A DNA stretch of 64,000 nucleotides from Eledone cirrhosa (Eukaryota). Made by a program: the position numbers and the translations under genes. The DNA lies in assembly GCA_964016885.1 (NCBI GenBank), contig OZ024766.1, positions 2,542,001 through 2,606,000 on the forward strand. Direction: 5' to 3'. The notes under the pieces were generated by a model that saw only the letters and a list, made by a program, of their open reading frames with translations, made no database searches and was not told the origin of the DNA. This document shows, one piece after another, positions 43,411 to 55,723 of the stretch (position 1 is the first letter of the stretch; every line of letters starts with the position of its first letter).

Positions 43411-43562
43411 CTTAGCTGAGGTGGGGTCGTCCTTCTCTGGTCCTTTCTTAGATTTTTTGGACTTCTTCTCAGAAGATTTTGACTTGACAGAAGTGGGGCT
43501 GGTGAGGGGTGTTCTGTCTCCCCCTGATGTCGTACCGGCGGCTGGCATAGCACTTGGAACTT
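43411..43562 (-). CDS. HMGXB4: HMGXB4 exon 4 (EVPSAMPAAG...DDPTSAK)
   Basis: Polypyrimidine tract plus CAG, GTAGGC donor. Phases 1/0 fit the neighbouring exons. Confidence 0.8.
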
Positions 43563-45238
43563 CTGATGGAGGGAAGAGAAGAAACATAATCATCATCATC
43601 ATCATCATCATTATCAACATAACAATCATCATCATCATCATCAGCACCACTATCATAATAATTGCTTCTACTTTTGGCACAAGGCCAGCAATTATTCCAG
43701 TGTATTACTGGTACTTTATTTTAAGGATGAAAGGCAAAGTTAACCTCAGCGGGATTTGAACTCAGAATGGCAAGGGCCGTAACTCTATGCTAGAAAGCAT
43801 GGCGTCCAACCCTCTACCGATACTGCCAATCCACCGGCCCTTCTTTCATATTAATTGTTTCTACGTTAGGCACAAGGCCAGCAATTACCCCCAGTGTATT
43901 ACTGGTACTTTATTTTATCGACCCCGTAAGGATGAAAGGCAAAGTCAACCTCGGCGGGATTTGAAAATGGTTCCTGATTTAGGCACAAGGCCATCATCTC
44001 ATTTCTACAGCTGAGTAAACTGGAGCAATGTGAAATAAAGTGTCTTGCTCAAGGAAACAACACATCACCCGGTCTGAGAATTGAACTCACAACCTTTCGA
44101 TTGCAAGCCCAATGCTCTAACCACTAAGCCATGATTGCAGTATTTGTTCTGGTTCCTAACATTCTCGTGGCGTGGTGTGGCGATTTTACGTCCGCTTTTC
44201 CCTGCTTGCAAGGGTGGGACGGGAACTGGTCCTGGCTTGATCTCTACAGCTGGATGCCCTTCCTAACACCAACCTCATTTACAGTAAGTGCTGGGTGTTT
44301 TTTTGCCGTGGCACCTCCACGACCACTTTACAGTGGAATGATAGGGACCCCAGTCCCTATCATCTCATTTCTACAGCTGAGTAAACTGGAGCAACGTGAA
44401 ATAAAGTGTCTTGCTCAAGGAAACAACACATCACCCGGTCTGAGAATTGAACTCTCAACCTTTCGATTGCAAGCCCAATGCTCTAACCACTAAGCCATGT
44501 GCCTCCACTATTTTTAAAGAACATTAAAAAACATTTCTACATGTAGGACGCCAAAAGTACGTTACTAGAAATCCCATAAGTTATAAAATAAATAGGATGG
44601 TTTGGAGTCTCAATATGTAAACTAAACAACTAATTCTGGTTTTTAAGTGGTAGCATTCCTGTGACATTTGTATTTATACTTCCATGGAGGCACATGGCTT
44701 AGTGGTTAGAGCATTGGCTTTACAATCAAAAGGTTGTGAGTTCAATTCTCAGACCGGGTGATGTGTTGTTTCCTTGAGCAAGACACTTTATTTCACATTG
44801 CTCCAGTTTACTCAGCTGTAGAACTGAGATGATAGGGACTGGGGTCCCTATCATTCCACTGCAAAGTGGTCGTGGAGGTGCCACGGCAAAAAAAAAGCAC
44901 GCAGCACTCACTGTAGATGAGGTTGGTGTTAGGAAGGGCATCCAGCTGTAGAGATCAAGCCAGAACCAGTTCCCGTCCCACCCTTGCAAGCAGGGAAAAG
45001 CTGACGTAAAATGATGATGAGACCCATGCTAGCCTGGAAGATGGACATTAAACGATGATGATGATGATGATGATGACATCACCAACTTTACAAGGCTGGT
45101 GACTGACCAAACACTGACTAAGTAAACAGCACAGCGATAACATAGCACTCTCATCTCTCACTACACGTGTGAGTTTGTGCGTAAATATCAAAACAAACAA
45201 ACAAACAACAACGCTAGACAAGACAAGAGGCCCCTTAC

Positions 45239-47306
45239 CTTCTTTCTGCTTTGTCTTGGCAACATCTGAATCCATCTTAGCTTTCTTGCTGGCAGACTTG
45301 CCCCCACTCGTGGCCCCGCCACTGGATTTTTTAAGCTTCGTCGTAGCCAGGGCGTGTTTCGAACTGGCGACCTGCTGCTCGGCAATCACCAGGCTCGGCT
45401 CGTCTGTGAAGTCGTACTTGCTGAGATCAGTTGTCTCCCCTTTCGCCGCCTTCGACTTGCCCGACCCCGTTCCGCCGCCGCTGTGGTGGTGGTGGTGGTG
45501 GTGGTGGGGGTGGGGGTGGTGCTGGTGGTGGTGCTGGGCTGCCGATTTCTGCGAGGAGCTGCCCGCCGCTTTCGCAGACGCCGCCTGCTGTCCCCCTTTA
45601 ACACCCCCTGTTGTCGTGGCAGCAGCGGCGGCGGCGGCGGCGCTGCTGCTGCTGCTGCTGCTGTTGTTGTTGTTGCTGTTTGTCTTCTTCTTCTTCACCT
45701 TCTTGGGCTTTTTCTCGGGCAAGTCCAGCGACGAAGACGAGGAGAGGAAGAGGGACGTTTCCGATGACAACGACGACATCGTCTTCTTTATCGGGGCCAG
45801 AAGGGACCTTTGCTTCGAAGAAGCCGTTGCCGCCGCTGACGACGACGATGATGATGATGTTGTTGATGATGATGGTGGCGGCGGCGGTGGCGGTGGTGGT
45901 GGTGGGGCTTTCGTCGATATGCCGGCGCCCGATGACTTCTGAGATGCCGATCCCTTTCCACTGGAGCCCTTCTGTTTACTGCTCACCGCGACCCCATCAC
46001 CGCCACCCGAGGAGGAGGACTTTCCCTGGGCCGAGGACCCCCTCGAGCTGACCGTCGTCTTCTTAACTGTGATGATCTTCGTAGGGGGCAGCGAGGCTTT
46101 CTGTACGGGAACCACCTTGACCCCGGCATCGAGCGACTTGACAAGGGCCGGGTTGCCCCCGAGCTGGGCGGCCGCTGCGGTGGAGGGGATGGGGATGGTT
46201 TTCACCCCCCCCGAAGCCCCGCCTGCCACCGCCTTCTCGACCGGCTTCACTTTGGGCAGCTCCTTCGTGTCGGGGACCACCTTCGTGCCGGGGATGGTTT
46301 TCGGGGCTGACGAGGCCGGCGACGACGTGAGCACGCGGGGAGCGGGGTGATTCAGCTTTGAGACCAACATCGACTTGGCAGCGGACCCACCGCTGCTCCC
46401 CGCCGCACCTTTCTTCGCGCCGGAAACAGGGACCGGCTTCGGAATGGGGATCACTTTCGGGACAGGCACCGGTATTATCGAAGAGATGGTAGCAATGGAC
46501 GTCTTGCTGCTGGTCGACAGGGCTTTCGCTTCGACGATAGTTTTCGGGATGGTCGGTACGTGATTATCGGTGGCTTTCTTTCTCTCAGCCACACCCCCTC
46601 CGGAAGTTGAACCCCCGCTGAGGGACTTCAGCGAGCTCTTGTCCTTCGGGGACAAAATGAATTTCATTTTTAAGCTGCCGTCTTTTGCACTTCCGGTCTC
46701 CAACGAAGAGTGGACCTTTGTGGCCGCAGTGTCCCCAGAACTCTGGTTGGAGCCTGAGTTTGATAACAAGGACCCCGAGCCAACCATCAAGCGGAACTTG
46801 AGGTCCTGTTCTCCCTTTTTCCGTGCCGTCTTTGTCCCTGCTGGTGAAGGAGTCGTTGCAGTAGCACTAGTGAGGGACTTTAACAGGGCGAGGTTGTCGG
46901 CCGTTGCTTTTGACTTGGTTGACTTTGTGGTTTTCTTTGTCAGGGACAGCTGTTCACTCAGCGAGCTCGCTTCTGACTTGTCCTTGCCCTTCGTGGTCGT
47001 GTGACCCACACCAGTCCCCAGCAGGGATGTCGGTGAACTTAACAGGAACTTGATAACGCTGCCCTTCGGCGAGGTCTCGTCGGAACTTTTCGGTGAGATC
47101 ACAGAACTCCCAGTAGGGCCGTGGTCCTTTGATTTTGACGGCTTCAGCTTTTTCGGACTGACAGGGGACGTGGAAGGTGTGCCACCCGTTAGTTGACTCT
47201 TGCCCTTTTTTAAGGGCTCTGCAACGACCTTCTTAGTTGTCGTCTGCTTTTTCTCAATTTCCTCAAATTCTTCCATTTCTCGAAGTTTTGTTGACTTCTT
47301 CCTCAC
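45239..47306 (-). CDS. HMGXB4: HMGXB4 exon 3 (2068 nt; K/S/T/G/A-rich low-complexity region with poly-P, poly-S, poly-A and poly-H)
   Basis: Long GC-rich ORF. TTTCAG acceptor at 47307 and GTAAGG donor at 45238. Phase 0/1. Confidence 0.9.
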
Positions 47307-47314
47307 CTGAAATA

Positions 47315-47635
47315 TAACGAGGTTTCCATAATTAATGAAGGTCTCAGTAACGAGGTTTACATAATTAATGAAGGTCTCAGTAACGAGGTTTACATAATTA
47401 ATGAAGGTCTCAGTAACGAGGTTTACATAATTAATGAAGGTCTCAGTAACGAGGTTTACATAATTAATGAAGGTCTCAGTAACGAGGTTTACATAATTAA
47501 TGAAGGTCTCAGTAACGAGGTTTACATAATTAATGAAGGTCTCACTAACGAGGTTTACATAATTAATGAAGGTCTCAGTAACGAGGTTTCCATAATTAAC
47601 GAAGGTCTCAGTAACGAGGTTTACATAATTAATGA
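47315..47635. repeat. 33-bp minisatellite (~10 units) over the exon 3 branch/acceptor region
   Basis: TAACGAGGTTTACATAATTAATGAAGGTCTCAG repeated. Confidence 0.92.
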
Positions 47636-48058
47636 TAATTACATAATGACAATTACATAATTAATGAGGTTTACATAATTAATAATTGTATAATTAACAA
47701 ATGTTACATAATTAAAACCAATCACATAATGATGGTGGAGGTGTAGTGTGGTGGTGATGGTAGGGTGTAGTGGTTTGGAGGTGCAGAGTGTAGTGCAGTG
47801 GTGGCCTGAAGGTGCAGTGTAGTGCAGTGGTGGCCTGGAGGTGCAGTGTAGTGCAGTGGTGGTACGGTGTTGCTGTGGTGGTCTGGAGGTGCAGTGTAAT
47901 GCAGTGGTGGTACGGTGTTGCAGTGGTGGTCTGGAGGTGCAGTGTAATGCAGTGGTGGTACGGTGTTGCTGTGGTGGTCTGGAGGTGCAGTGGTGGTCTG
48001 GAGGTGCAGTGTAGTGCAGTGGAGGTGCAGTGTAGTGCAGTGGTGTCATGGTTCTTAC

Positions 48059-48153
48059 CCTCCCAGATTTTGTCAATTCAGACTCTCTTGAAGTTTCTTC
48101 ATCGACATCTTCAAATTTCAACATCTTCTTCTTAATCTTAGCCATGCGGGCCA
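48059..48153 (-). CDS. HMGXB4: HMGXB4 exon 2 (VARMAKIKKK...ELTKSGR)
   Basis: TTGCAG/GTAAGA boundaries. Joins exon 3 to give SGRVRKKS. Confidence 0.82.
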
Positions 48154-48272
48154 CTGCAAGAGAGGAAGAGGGGCAGAAGAGAACAGAGAGACCATCATCA
48201 TCATCATCATCATAATGGCTTAAGGCACAAGGCCAGCAATTTGTTTTGGGGAGATAGGGGAAAGTCAATTAA

Positions 48273-49114
48273 CCCTTTAAGCATTTAAACCTACCATATC
48301 TGGCCAGAATTCTCTCACCTCTTTCTGCTCAAACTGGCTGTAACCAGCCACTCAGACTCATGTTAAGGTATTTTTCTCAAAATATATATCAAAATCTCAG
48401 ATTCAATGTTATGTGAGGTAAAGCCTTTACTGTGACAATACAATAGTATATATAGAGTAATGTAAATGTTATGTGAGATATTATGTGAGGTAAAGCCTTT
48501 ACTGTGACAATACAATAGTATATATATAGAGTAATGTAAATGTTATGTGAGATATTATGTGAGGTAAAGCCTTTACTGTGACAATACAATAGTATATATA
48601 GAGTAATGTAAATGTTATGCGAGATATTATGTGAGGTAAAGCCTTTACTGTGACAATACAATAGTATATATTGAGTAATGTAAATGTTATGCGAGATATT
48701 ATGTGAGGTAAAGCCTTTACTGTGACAATACAATAGTATATATAGAGTAATGTAAATGTTATGTGAGATATTATGTGAGGTAAAGCCTTTACTGTGACAA
48801 TACAATAGTATATATAGAGTAATGTAAATGTTATGTGAGATATTATGTGAGGTAAAGCCTTTACTGTGACAATACAATAGTATATATAGAGTAATGTAAA
48901 TTTTATGTGAGATATTATGTGAGGTAAAGCCTTTACTGTGACAATACAATAGTATATATAGAGTAATGTAAATGTTATGTGAGGTAAAGCCTTTACTGTG
49001 AAAATACAATAGTATATATAGAGTAATGTAAATTTTATGTGAGATATTATGTGAGGTAAAGCCTTTACTGTGAAAATACAATAGTATATATAGAGTAATG
49101 TAAATGTTAAAGGG
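48273..49114 (+). mobile_element. Complete piggyBac-like non-autonomous element with ~10 units of 72-bp satellite, inserted in a SINE
   Basis: GTCAA-TTAA-CCCTTTAAGCATTTA...TAAATGTTAAAGGG-TTAA-ATCGAC. The empty-site paralog GTCAATTAAATCGAC is at 49265. Confidence 0.88.
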
Positions 49115-49381
49115 TTAAATCGACTTCAGTACATTACTGGTGCTTTATTTTAAATACCCTTGGTGGGATTTGAACTCAGAATGTAAAGGGCCGTAATTCT
49201 ATGCTGAAAAGCATGGTGTCCGACGCTCTACCGATTACTGACAATCCGTTGCTCTTAATGGTTTGTCAATTAAATCGACTCCAGTGCGTTATTGGTGTTT
49301 TATTTTATTGATCTAAATATATATATATACTGGAATTGAACCATCAAAAAACCGTAGAGGTATGTCATACATCAATTCATG

Positions 49382-49448
49382 TATTTTATCTGACGAGGAC
49401 GTACTGAAAAAACAGCACAGTACCTCCGAAATATATATAATAAAACAT
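49382..49448 (+). ncRNA. Minimal type I hammerhead ribozyme (family B, CUGACGA variant)
   Basis: TATTTTAT-CTGACGA-GGAcGTACTG...CAGTACcTCC-GAAA-TATATA-TA-ATAAAA. Stem II covaries with the other family B copies. Confidence 0.8.
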
Positions 49449-49543
49449 ATATTGATTACGTTGAATGTCTATATTTATTAATATTTTGAATTAATATATA
49501 TATATATACATATATACATCTATTTATTTATAAAGTCGAGAAT

Positions 49544-49589
<46 letters not shown>

Positions 49590-49697
49590 TATATATATAT
49601 ATATACACACATACATACTACACAGAAAACATTTGCATCTGGATGCATGGCCAACGGTAACAGCATATACATACACGCACACGTGCATGTGTGTATG

Positions 49698-49742
<45 letters not shown>

Positions 49743-49892
49743 ATGTGTATCTGTTTATATATATATATATATATGTGTTTATGTATATATATATATATGT
49801 GTGTATGTGTATATATATATAGCATGGCCTCAGCCGGATGGCTGAAACAGGTAAAAGAGTATGTGTGTGTGTGTATATATATATATGTGTGT

Positions 49893-49940
<48 letters not shown>

Positions 49941-49957
49941 ATGTATGTATGTGTGTG

Positions 49958-50006
<49 letters not shown>

Positions 50007-50228
50007 ATGTATATATGTGTATATATATATGTGTGCATGTGTGTTTACAATCCTATATAAACACACAACCCAATCCCAGCGCACTCTCTAGTCTTTGTTC
50101 AGACGTTGATCAGAGCGGAGGTGCTACGATACAACCCTCCCAATTAGAATATCCCCCGCTCATCTGGCTGTAAAACTTATCCGTTTATAAAGAATGATGA
50201 TAAAAGAAGGGAAATCGTTAACCCTTAC

Positions 50229-50313
50229 CTTCATCCGCTTTCAAAAACCTCTTTGTAAACTCATCTTCTTCTTCAGCTTCTCGCTTTCTTTTCACGGCTT
50301 TCGGAGCGGCCAT
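50229..50313 (-). CDS. HMGXB4: HMGXB4 putative first coding exon (MAAPKAVKRKREAEEEDEFTKRFLKADE)
   Basis: ATG at 50313. GTAAGG donor, phase 1, matches exon 2. The nine exons total 3018 nt (1005 aa + stop). Confidence 0.72.
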
Positions 50314-51878
50314 ACTGTATTGTGGAGGAGTTGTCGTTCTTTGAAAGTTGACAGCTGCTTTGTTACTTACGGAAGACCAAAAGTGACAAATGTCTCCCTC
50401 AACCCTTCTTCCGTGTTTCTTTCTTAAATTATGTGTATTTACTTTCATATTTGTGTGCAAAAGCGATACGTTTATTAATACTTATGTCCGAAAGCTACAA
50501 TTATTATTTTTAATATCCTGGATTTGGGAAAAAAAGAATTTATTTACATATTTGTGGATTAAAAAAATTTAATAGTAAGTCATGAAATTAGAAAAATTAA
50601 AAAATTTAATAGTAAGTCATGAAATTATAAAAATAAAAAAAATTTAATAGGAAGTCATGAAATTAGAAAAATAAAAAAAATTTCATAGTAAGTCATGAAA
50701 TTAGAAAAAAAAAAAAATTTAATAGTAAGTCTTGAAATTAGAAAAATAAAAAAAATTTAATAGTAAGTCATGAAATTAGAAAAATGAAAAAAATTTAATA
50801 GTAAGTCATGAAATTAGAAAAATAAAAAAAATTTAATAGTAAGTCATGAAATTAGAAAAATGAAAAAAATTTAATAGTAAGTCATGAAATTAAAAAAATT
50901 AAAAAATTTAATAGTAAGTCATGAAAAATAAAAAAATTTAATAGTAAGTCTTGAAATTAGAAAAATAAAAAAAATTTAATAGTAAGTCATGAAATTAGAA
51001 AAATTAAAAAATTTAATAGTAAGTCATGAAATTAGAAAAATAAAAAAAATTTAATAGTAAGTCATGAAATTAAAAAAATTAAAAAATTTAATACTAAGTC
51101 ATGAAAAATAAAAAAATTTAATAGTAAGTCTTGAAATTAGAAAAATAAAAAAATTTAACGGTAAGTCATGAAATTATAAAAATAAAAAAAATTTAATAGT
51201 AAGTCATCAAAAATAAAGTACCAGTAATGCACTGAGGTATTATTGCTGGCCTTGTGCCAAAAGTAGAAACAATTATTTTTCTTTTAAATTCAGTAGTGTG
51301 TAAGAGTTGTTCTTCGACTTACGGAAGCCCAAACGCGATAAGATTTTTTCCAAAGTTAATTGTTGTTTTGAATGTTGTGATGATGAGTGTAAATGTTCTT
51401 GTTACTGCTGCTGTTGTAATAGTTGTTATTTTTCTTATCTGCCTCTCACCCATCTCTTTCTACCTATTTATCTGTCTCTCTATCTATCTATCTATCTATC
51501 TATCTCCCTCTCTCCTGGCTGCCATTTGTCTCTCACTCCAACTATGCTGCAAGTCTTTCAGTTCGTCTCTATCCTGTGAAGCTCTCTATCTATCCTGCCT
51601 ACCTCTCTATCTATCCTGCCTACCTCTCTATCTAGCCTGCCTACCTCTCTATCTATCCTGCCTAGCTCTCTATCTACCTCTCTATATATCCTGCTCTACC
51701 TCTCTATCTATCCTGCTCTACCTCTCTATATATCCTGCATAACTCTCTATCTATCTATCCTGCCCACCTCTCCTCTCTGTTTGTCAGTCGCTCTGTCAGA
51801 CATGACCGATAAACAAGTGAGATAAGGGCAGTCGATATTTTCTCTGGTGTCATATTGTCATTGTGCACCGTCAGGAAA
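50314..51878. promoter_or_regulatory. Candidate bidirectional promoter region between HMGXB4 and RICTOR
   Basis: Divergent start codons 1.57 kb apart. AAAATGGCG (YY1-like) overlaps the RICTOR ATG. CGGAAG motifs near 50370 and 51322. Confidence 0.5.
50563..51210. repeat. AT-rich ~38-bp minisatellite
   Basis: AATTTAATAGTAAGTCATGAAATTAGAAAAATAAAAAA repeated about 17 times. Confidence 0.92.
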
Positions 51879-51936
51879 ATGGCGACCTTTGCGGTTCGCC
51901 ATCCAAGTCGGACTCTAAAAAACGGTAGACTTCGAG
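51879..51936 (+). CDS. RICTOR: RICTOR coding exon 1 (MATFAVRHPSRTLKNGRLR)
   Basis: Resembles the RICTOR N-terminus (R.LKN.R.R). GAG|GTAACT donor, phase 1, fits exon 2. Confidence 0.8.
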
Positions 51937-52298
51937 GTAACTAAACCATTTCACCCCATTTACACCACATTATACTTTTATTTACACATACTTCCATCAG
52001 TTTATATGGTTTTTGTGTGCCTTCTATTCCTCTATGTCGCCTTAAATCGAAGTTTAATTTAATCAGTGTTGGCAATATATATTTTAATTAAAAATATGGT
52101 CCCCGTTTGTTTTATCTCGTAATGTGTGTGTATATATACATATACACACATACACACACATATATATATATATATATATATTTTTATATGACAAACTTAC
52201 ATATGCATTTATATATCTGTAAACACATCTACATATAAATATTTATATATGTTTGCCTATATATATATATATATATATATAGGTGTGTATACATACAC

Positions 52299-52339
<41 letters not shown>

Positions 52340-52450
52340 TTGTATATGTATGGGCGTACCTTCGTCTTAAGTGTAGGTGATGTAAACAAAATCTCGGTAG
52401 TTTCCGCTCGCTTTCATAGTCACTAAGCAGGTCGTGTATATACGTATGTG

Positions 52451-52482
<32 letters not shown>

Positions 52483-52599
52483 CGCGTGTTCGGCAATCTT
52501 TCCCTGCATAACAGATCGCCGAATACACATACAAACATATGTTGGCATACACACACACGCATATAAGTATACATATATATATATATATATATACATTTA

Positions 52600-52780
52600 T
52601 ACTGTTATACTTTGGGAGGGCCATGTTGCCAATAAAAACACACGCCCTGTTAGCTTTCACTTCAATTTATTATGAATATCCGGTTGGTACTAGCCAACGT
52701 AAATTCATAATAAATTGAAGTGAAAGCAACTGGTGCGTGTGTTCTTATTGGCAACATGACCCTCCCAAAGTATAACAATA
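52600..52780. mobile_element. Fold-back (MITE-like) element, ~78-bp imperfect arms
   Basis: TGTTATACTTTGGGAGGG...TTATGAAT / ATTCATAA...CCCTCCCAAAGTATAACA. Confidence 0.75.
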
Positions 52781-53005
52781 TCTGTTTCAACACACATTTT
52801 CAGATAAATCTTGCAAAACGAAATACGAAATATATATATATATATATATATATGCATATTCCTACATATATAAATGCACACGCACACACACACATATATA
52901 TATATACACATAGATCCCTATTTATATATATACATACATACACACACCATACATCCATTCACATTCACGCGTACATGCATTTTGCATACATAGGCTCACG
53001 CACTA

Positions 53006-53077
<72 letters not shown>

Positions 53078-54345
53078 GCCTACATATATAAATGCACACA
53101 AATATACATACGAACACATACATGCTCGCTAGACGGGTCGCGTATGTATGTTTTTGTTTATATGTGTGTATGTATGTATGTATGTATGTATGTATGTATG
53201 TATGTTATGTCGGGTCACTCTTGAGTGCTACTGGTAACATGTAACCCAGTACAACCTGTCGCATGGCCGGGTCGGGTCGTCGGCGACTAAACCGGCAACC
53301 CCACCAAGTTTACTTGGTGAGGAGGGTGATTTTGGGCACCCTGCAGGTCAAAAAACAAACCCTGACAAAGAGCGGAAGAACTCATAAGAGTCAACGGCCA
53401 TCCAAAAATGTGTAAATATATATCTATATATATATCTATATATATATATATATATATATATATAGATAGATAGGAGTAAGTAAGACCCCGACGGCTGAGC
53501 TCAAGCTGTTTCGACGGCTAATTCTGTACTTGAGCTCAGCCGTCGGGGTCTTACTTACTCCTATTACCCACTCTACTACCCTAAGTATTGAGTACTTTGG
53601 TGCGTTATGGTCCACCTGGTTCCTTACCACTTTTCCCTCGCTATATATATATATATCTAAGGCGGGTAAAATACCCGAGATCCATGGACGAGTTCTCTCC
53701 AGCGGTCTCTGTCCCTCATTATCGCTGCCATGTCCTGCGTCTCCAACAGACCAGTGTCTGTCCTTAGGGCATCAACATACGTTAACCTTGGTCTTCCTCT
53801 TCTAGTGTGTCCATGTAGGGGCTCCCAAAGAATATCTATATATATGCATGTGTATGTATATGTGTATATACATGGGTGTATGTATATGTGTATATACATG
53901 GGTGTATGTATATGTGTATATACATGGGTGTATGTATATGCGCGGGGACATAGAAATAGTCAGGCTGGATACCCGATCGCGCGGTTAAACCACTGTGAGT
54001 GAAGGACCTCTGGCCCTGTGAGTGAAGGGCCCCTAGCCCTGTGAGTGAAGGACCCCTAGTCCTGGGAGTGAAGGACCCCTAGCCCTGTGAGTGAAGGACC
54101 CCTAGTCCTGGGAGTGAAGGACCCCTAGCCTTTGTCAGGGCATTCTTCTAGGAGAAGGCAACTCAGGAAACTGGGGTAACTCCGATATAAAACCTGCGGC
54201 TCAGTAGTTACCGATGATGATGATCTTTTCTTCTTTCCGGGTTATAGCTACTGTCTCTCAGAGAGTGGGACTGGCTCAGTGCACAGTCTTTCCTCACTTT
54301 AAAACATATCTTCACGCACAGGCATTGCACGATAAAATTAATTAA

Positions 54346-54530
54346 TTGTTTCTACTTTAGGCACAAGGCCAGCAAATACCCCAGTACATTACTGGTACTT
54401 TATTTTATCGACCCCGTAAGGATGAAAGGCAAAGTCAACCTCGGCGGGATTTGAACTCAGATCGTAAAGGGTCGTAACTCTATGCTGGAAAGCATGGCGT
54501 CCGGCCCTCCACCGATACTGCCAATCCACC
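54346..54530 (-). mobile_element. Second short tRNA-like SINE family; fragments also at ~19765, 36933, 38540, 39033, 39320, 43663, 43856, 48222/49119, 51210
   Basis: Recurrent GGCACAAGGCCAGCAA...GGATGAAAGGCAAAGTYAACCTCGGCGGGATTTGAACTCAG. B-box-like GAGTTCAAATCC on the minus strand. Confidence 0.7.
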
Positions 54531-55644
54531 ATTAGTTAATAATTATTAATAATGGTATATCGTGCAATGGCCATACTCGATAACGAGGGGGCAGCCATCT
54601 CATATATATATATATAGATATATAGATATATGTTTATATATGTATGTTTGTGTGTGTATATATGTATGTACATAATATATGTATGTTTGTGTGTGTGTAT
54701 ATATATGTATGTACATAATATATGTTTATATATGTATGTTTGTGTGTGTATATATGTATGTACATAATATATGTTTATATACGTATGTTTGTGTGTGTAT
54801 ATATGTATGTACATAATATATGTTTATATATGTATGTTTGTGTGTGTATATATGTATGTACATATGTTTATATATGTATGTTTGTGTGTGTATATATGTA
54901 TGTTTGTGTGTATATATGTATGTTTGTGTGTGTATATATGTATGTACATAATATATGTTTATATATGTATGTTTGTGTGTGTATATATGTAATATAGATA
55001 TGTATGTATATATATGTATATATATGTCAGGTCACCAGTTGGTGCTACTGGTAACATGTATCCCAGTACAACCTGTCTCATGGTCGGGTCGTTGGCGACT
55101 AAACTGGCAACCCCACCAAGGTTTCTTGGTGAGGAGGGTGACTTTGGACATCCTGCAGGACTAAAAACAAAACCTGTCAAAGGGCAAGGGAGCTCTTAAG
55201 ACTCAATAGCCATCCAAAATCACCGGGAGAGATGACCCCTTAGCCTTTGTCAAGGCAGAATTCTAGGAGAAGGAAAACTCTGATATAACACCTGCAACCC
55301 TGATGGTATCCAATGATGTTGACTTGTTCTTCTTTTTGGTAAATATCATCTTGGTTAAGAGAGTGGGACTGGCTTTGTGCAGTGCCTTTGCTCACTATAA
55401 AAGCTTCACAGCACAGGCATTGCTTTATATCTGGAGATCTCTCTGCACTTGTCATCACATGGTATCATGGGCCCTGCACTATGTGTCAATAATGGTCACA
55501 AGTGTAGTCTTTGTACCAGAGTTTTCAAGTCGCTGGCTGGACTAAAAAGTCACATTCGTTCAGCGCATCGGTAGGGGTTCTCCTACATGGATATAAAGTA
55601 GTGGCCGTACTCGAAAACGAGTTGGCAGCCACCATATATGTATG

Positions 55645-55675
<31 letters not shown>

Positions 55676-55687
55676 GTATTTATTTAT

Positions 55688-55723
<36 letters not shown>

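Noticed and set aside
55595-55635. Hairpin GTGGCCGTACTCG...CGAG..GGCAGCCAC (also ~54565-54600) considered as an HDV-like ribozyme
   Set aside because: I could not build the nested double pseudoknot. It is a simple stem-loop in a repeat.
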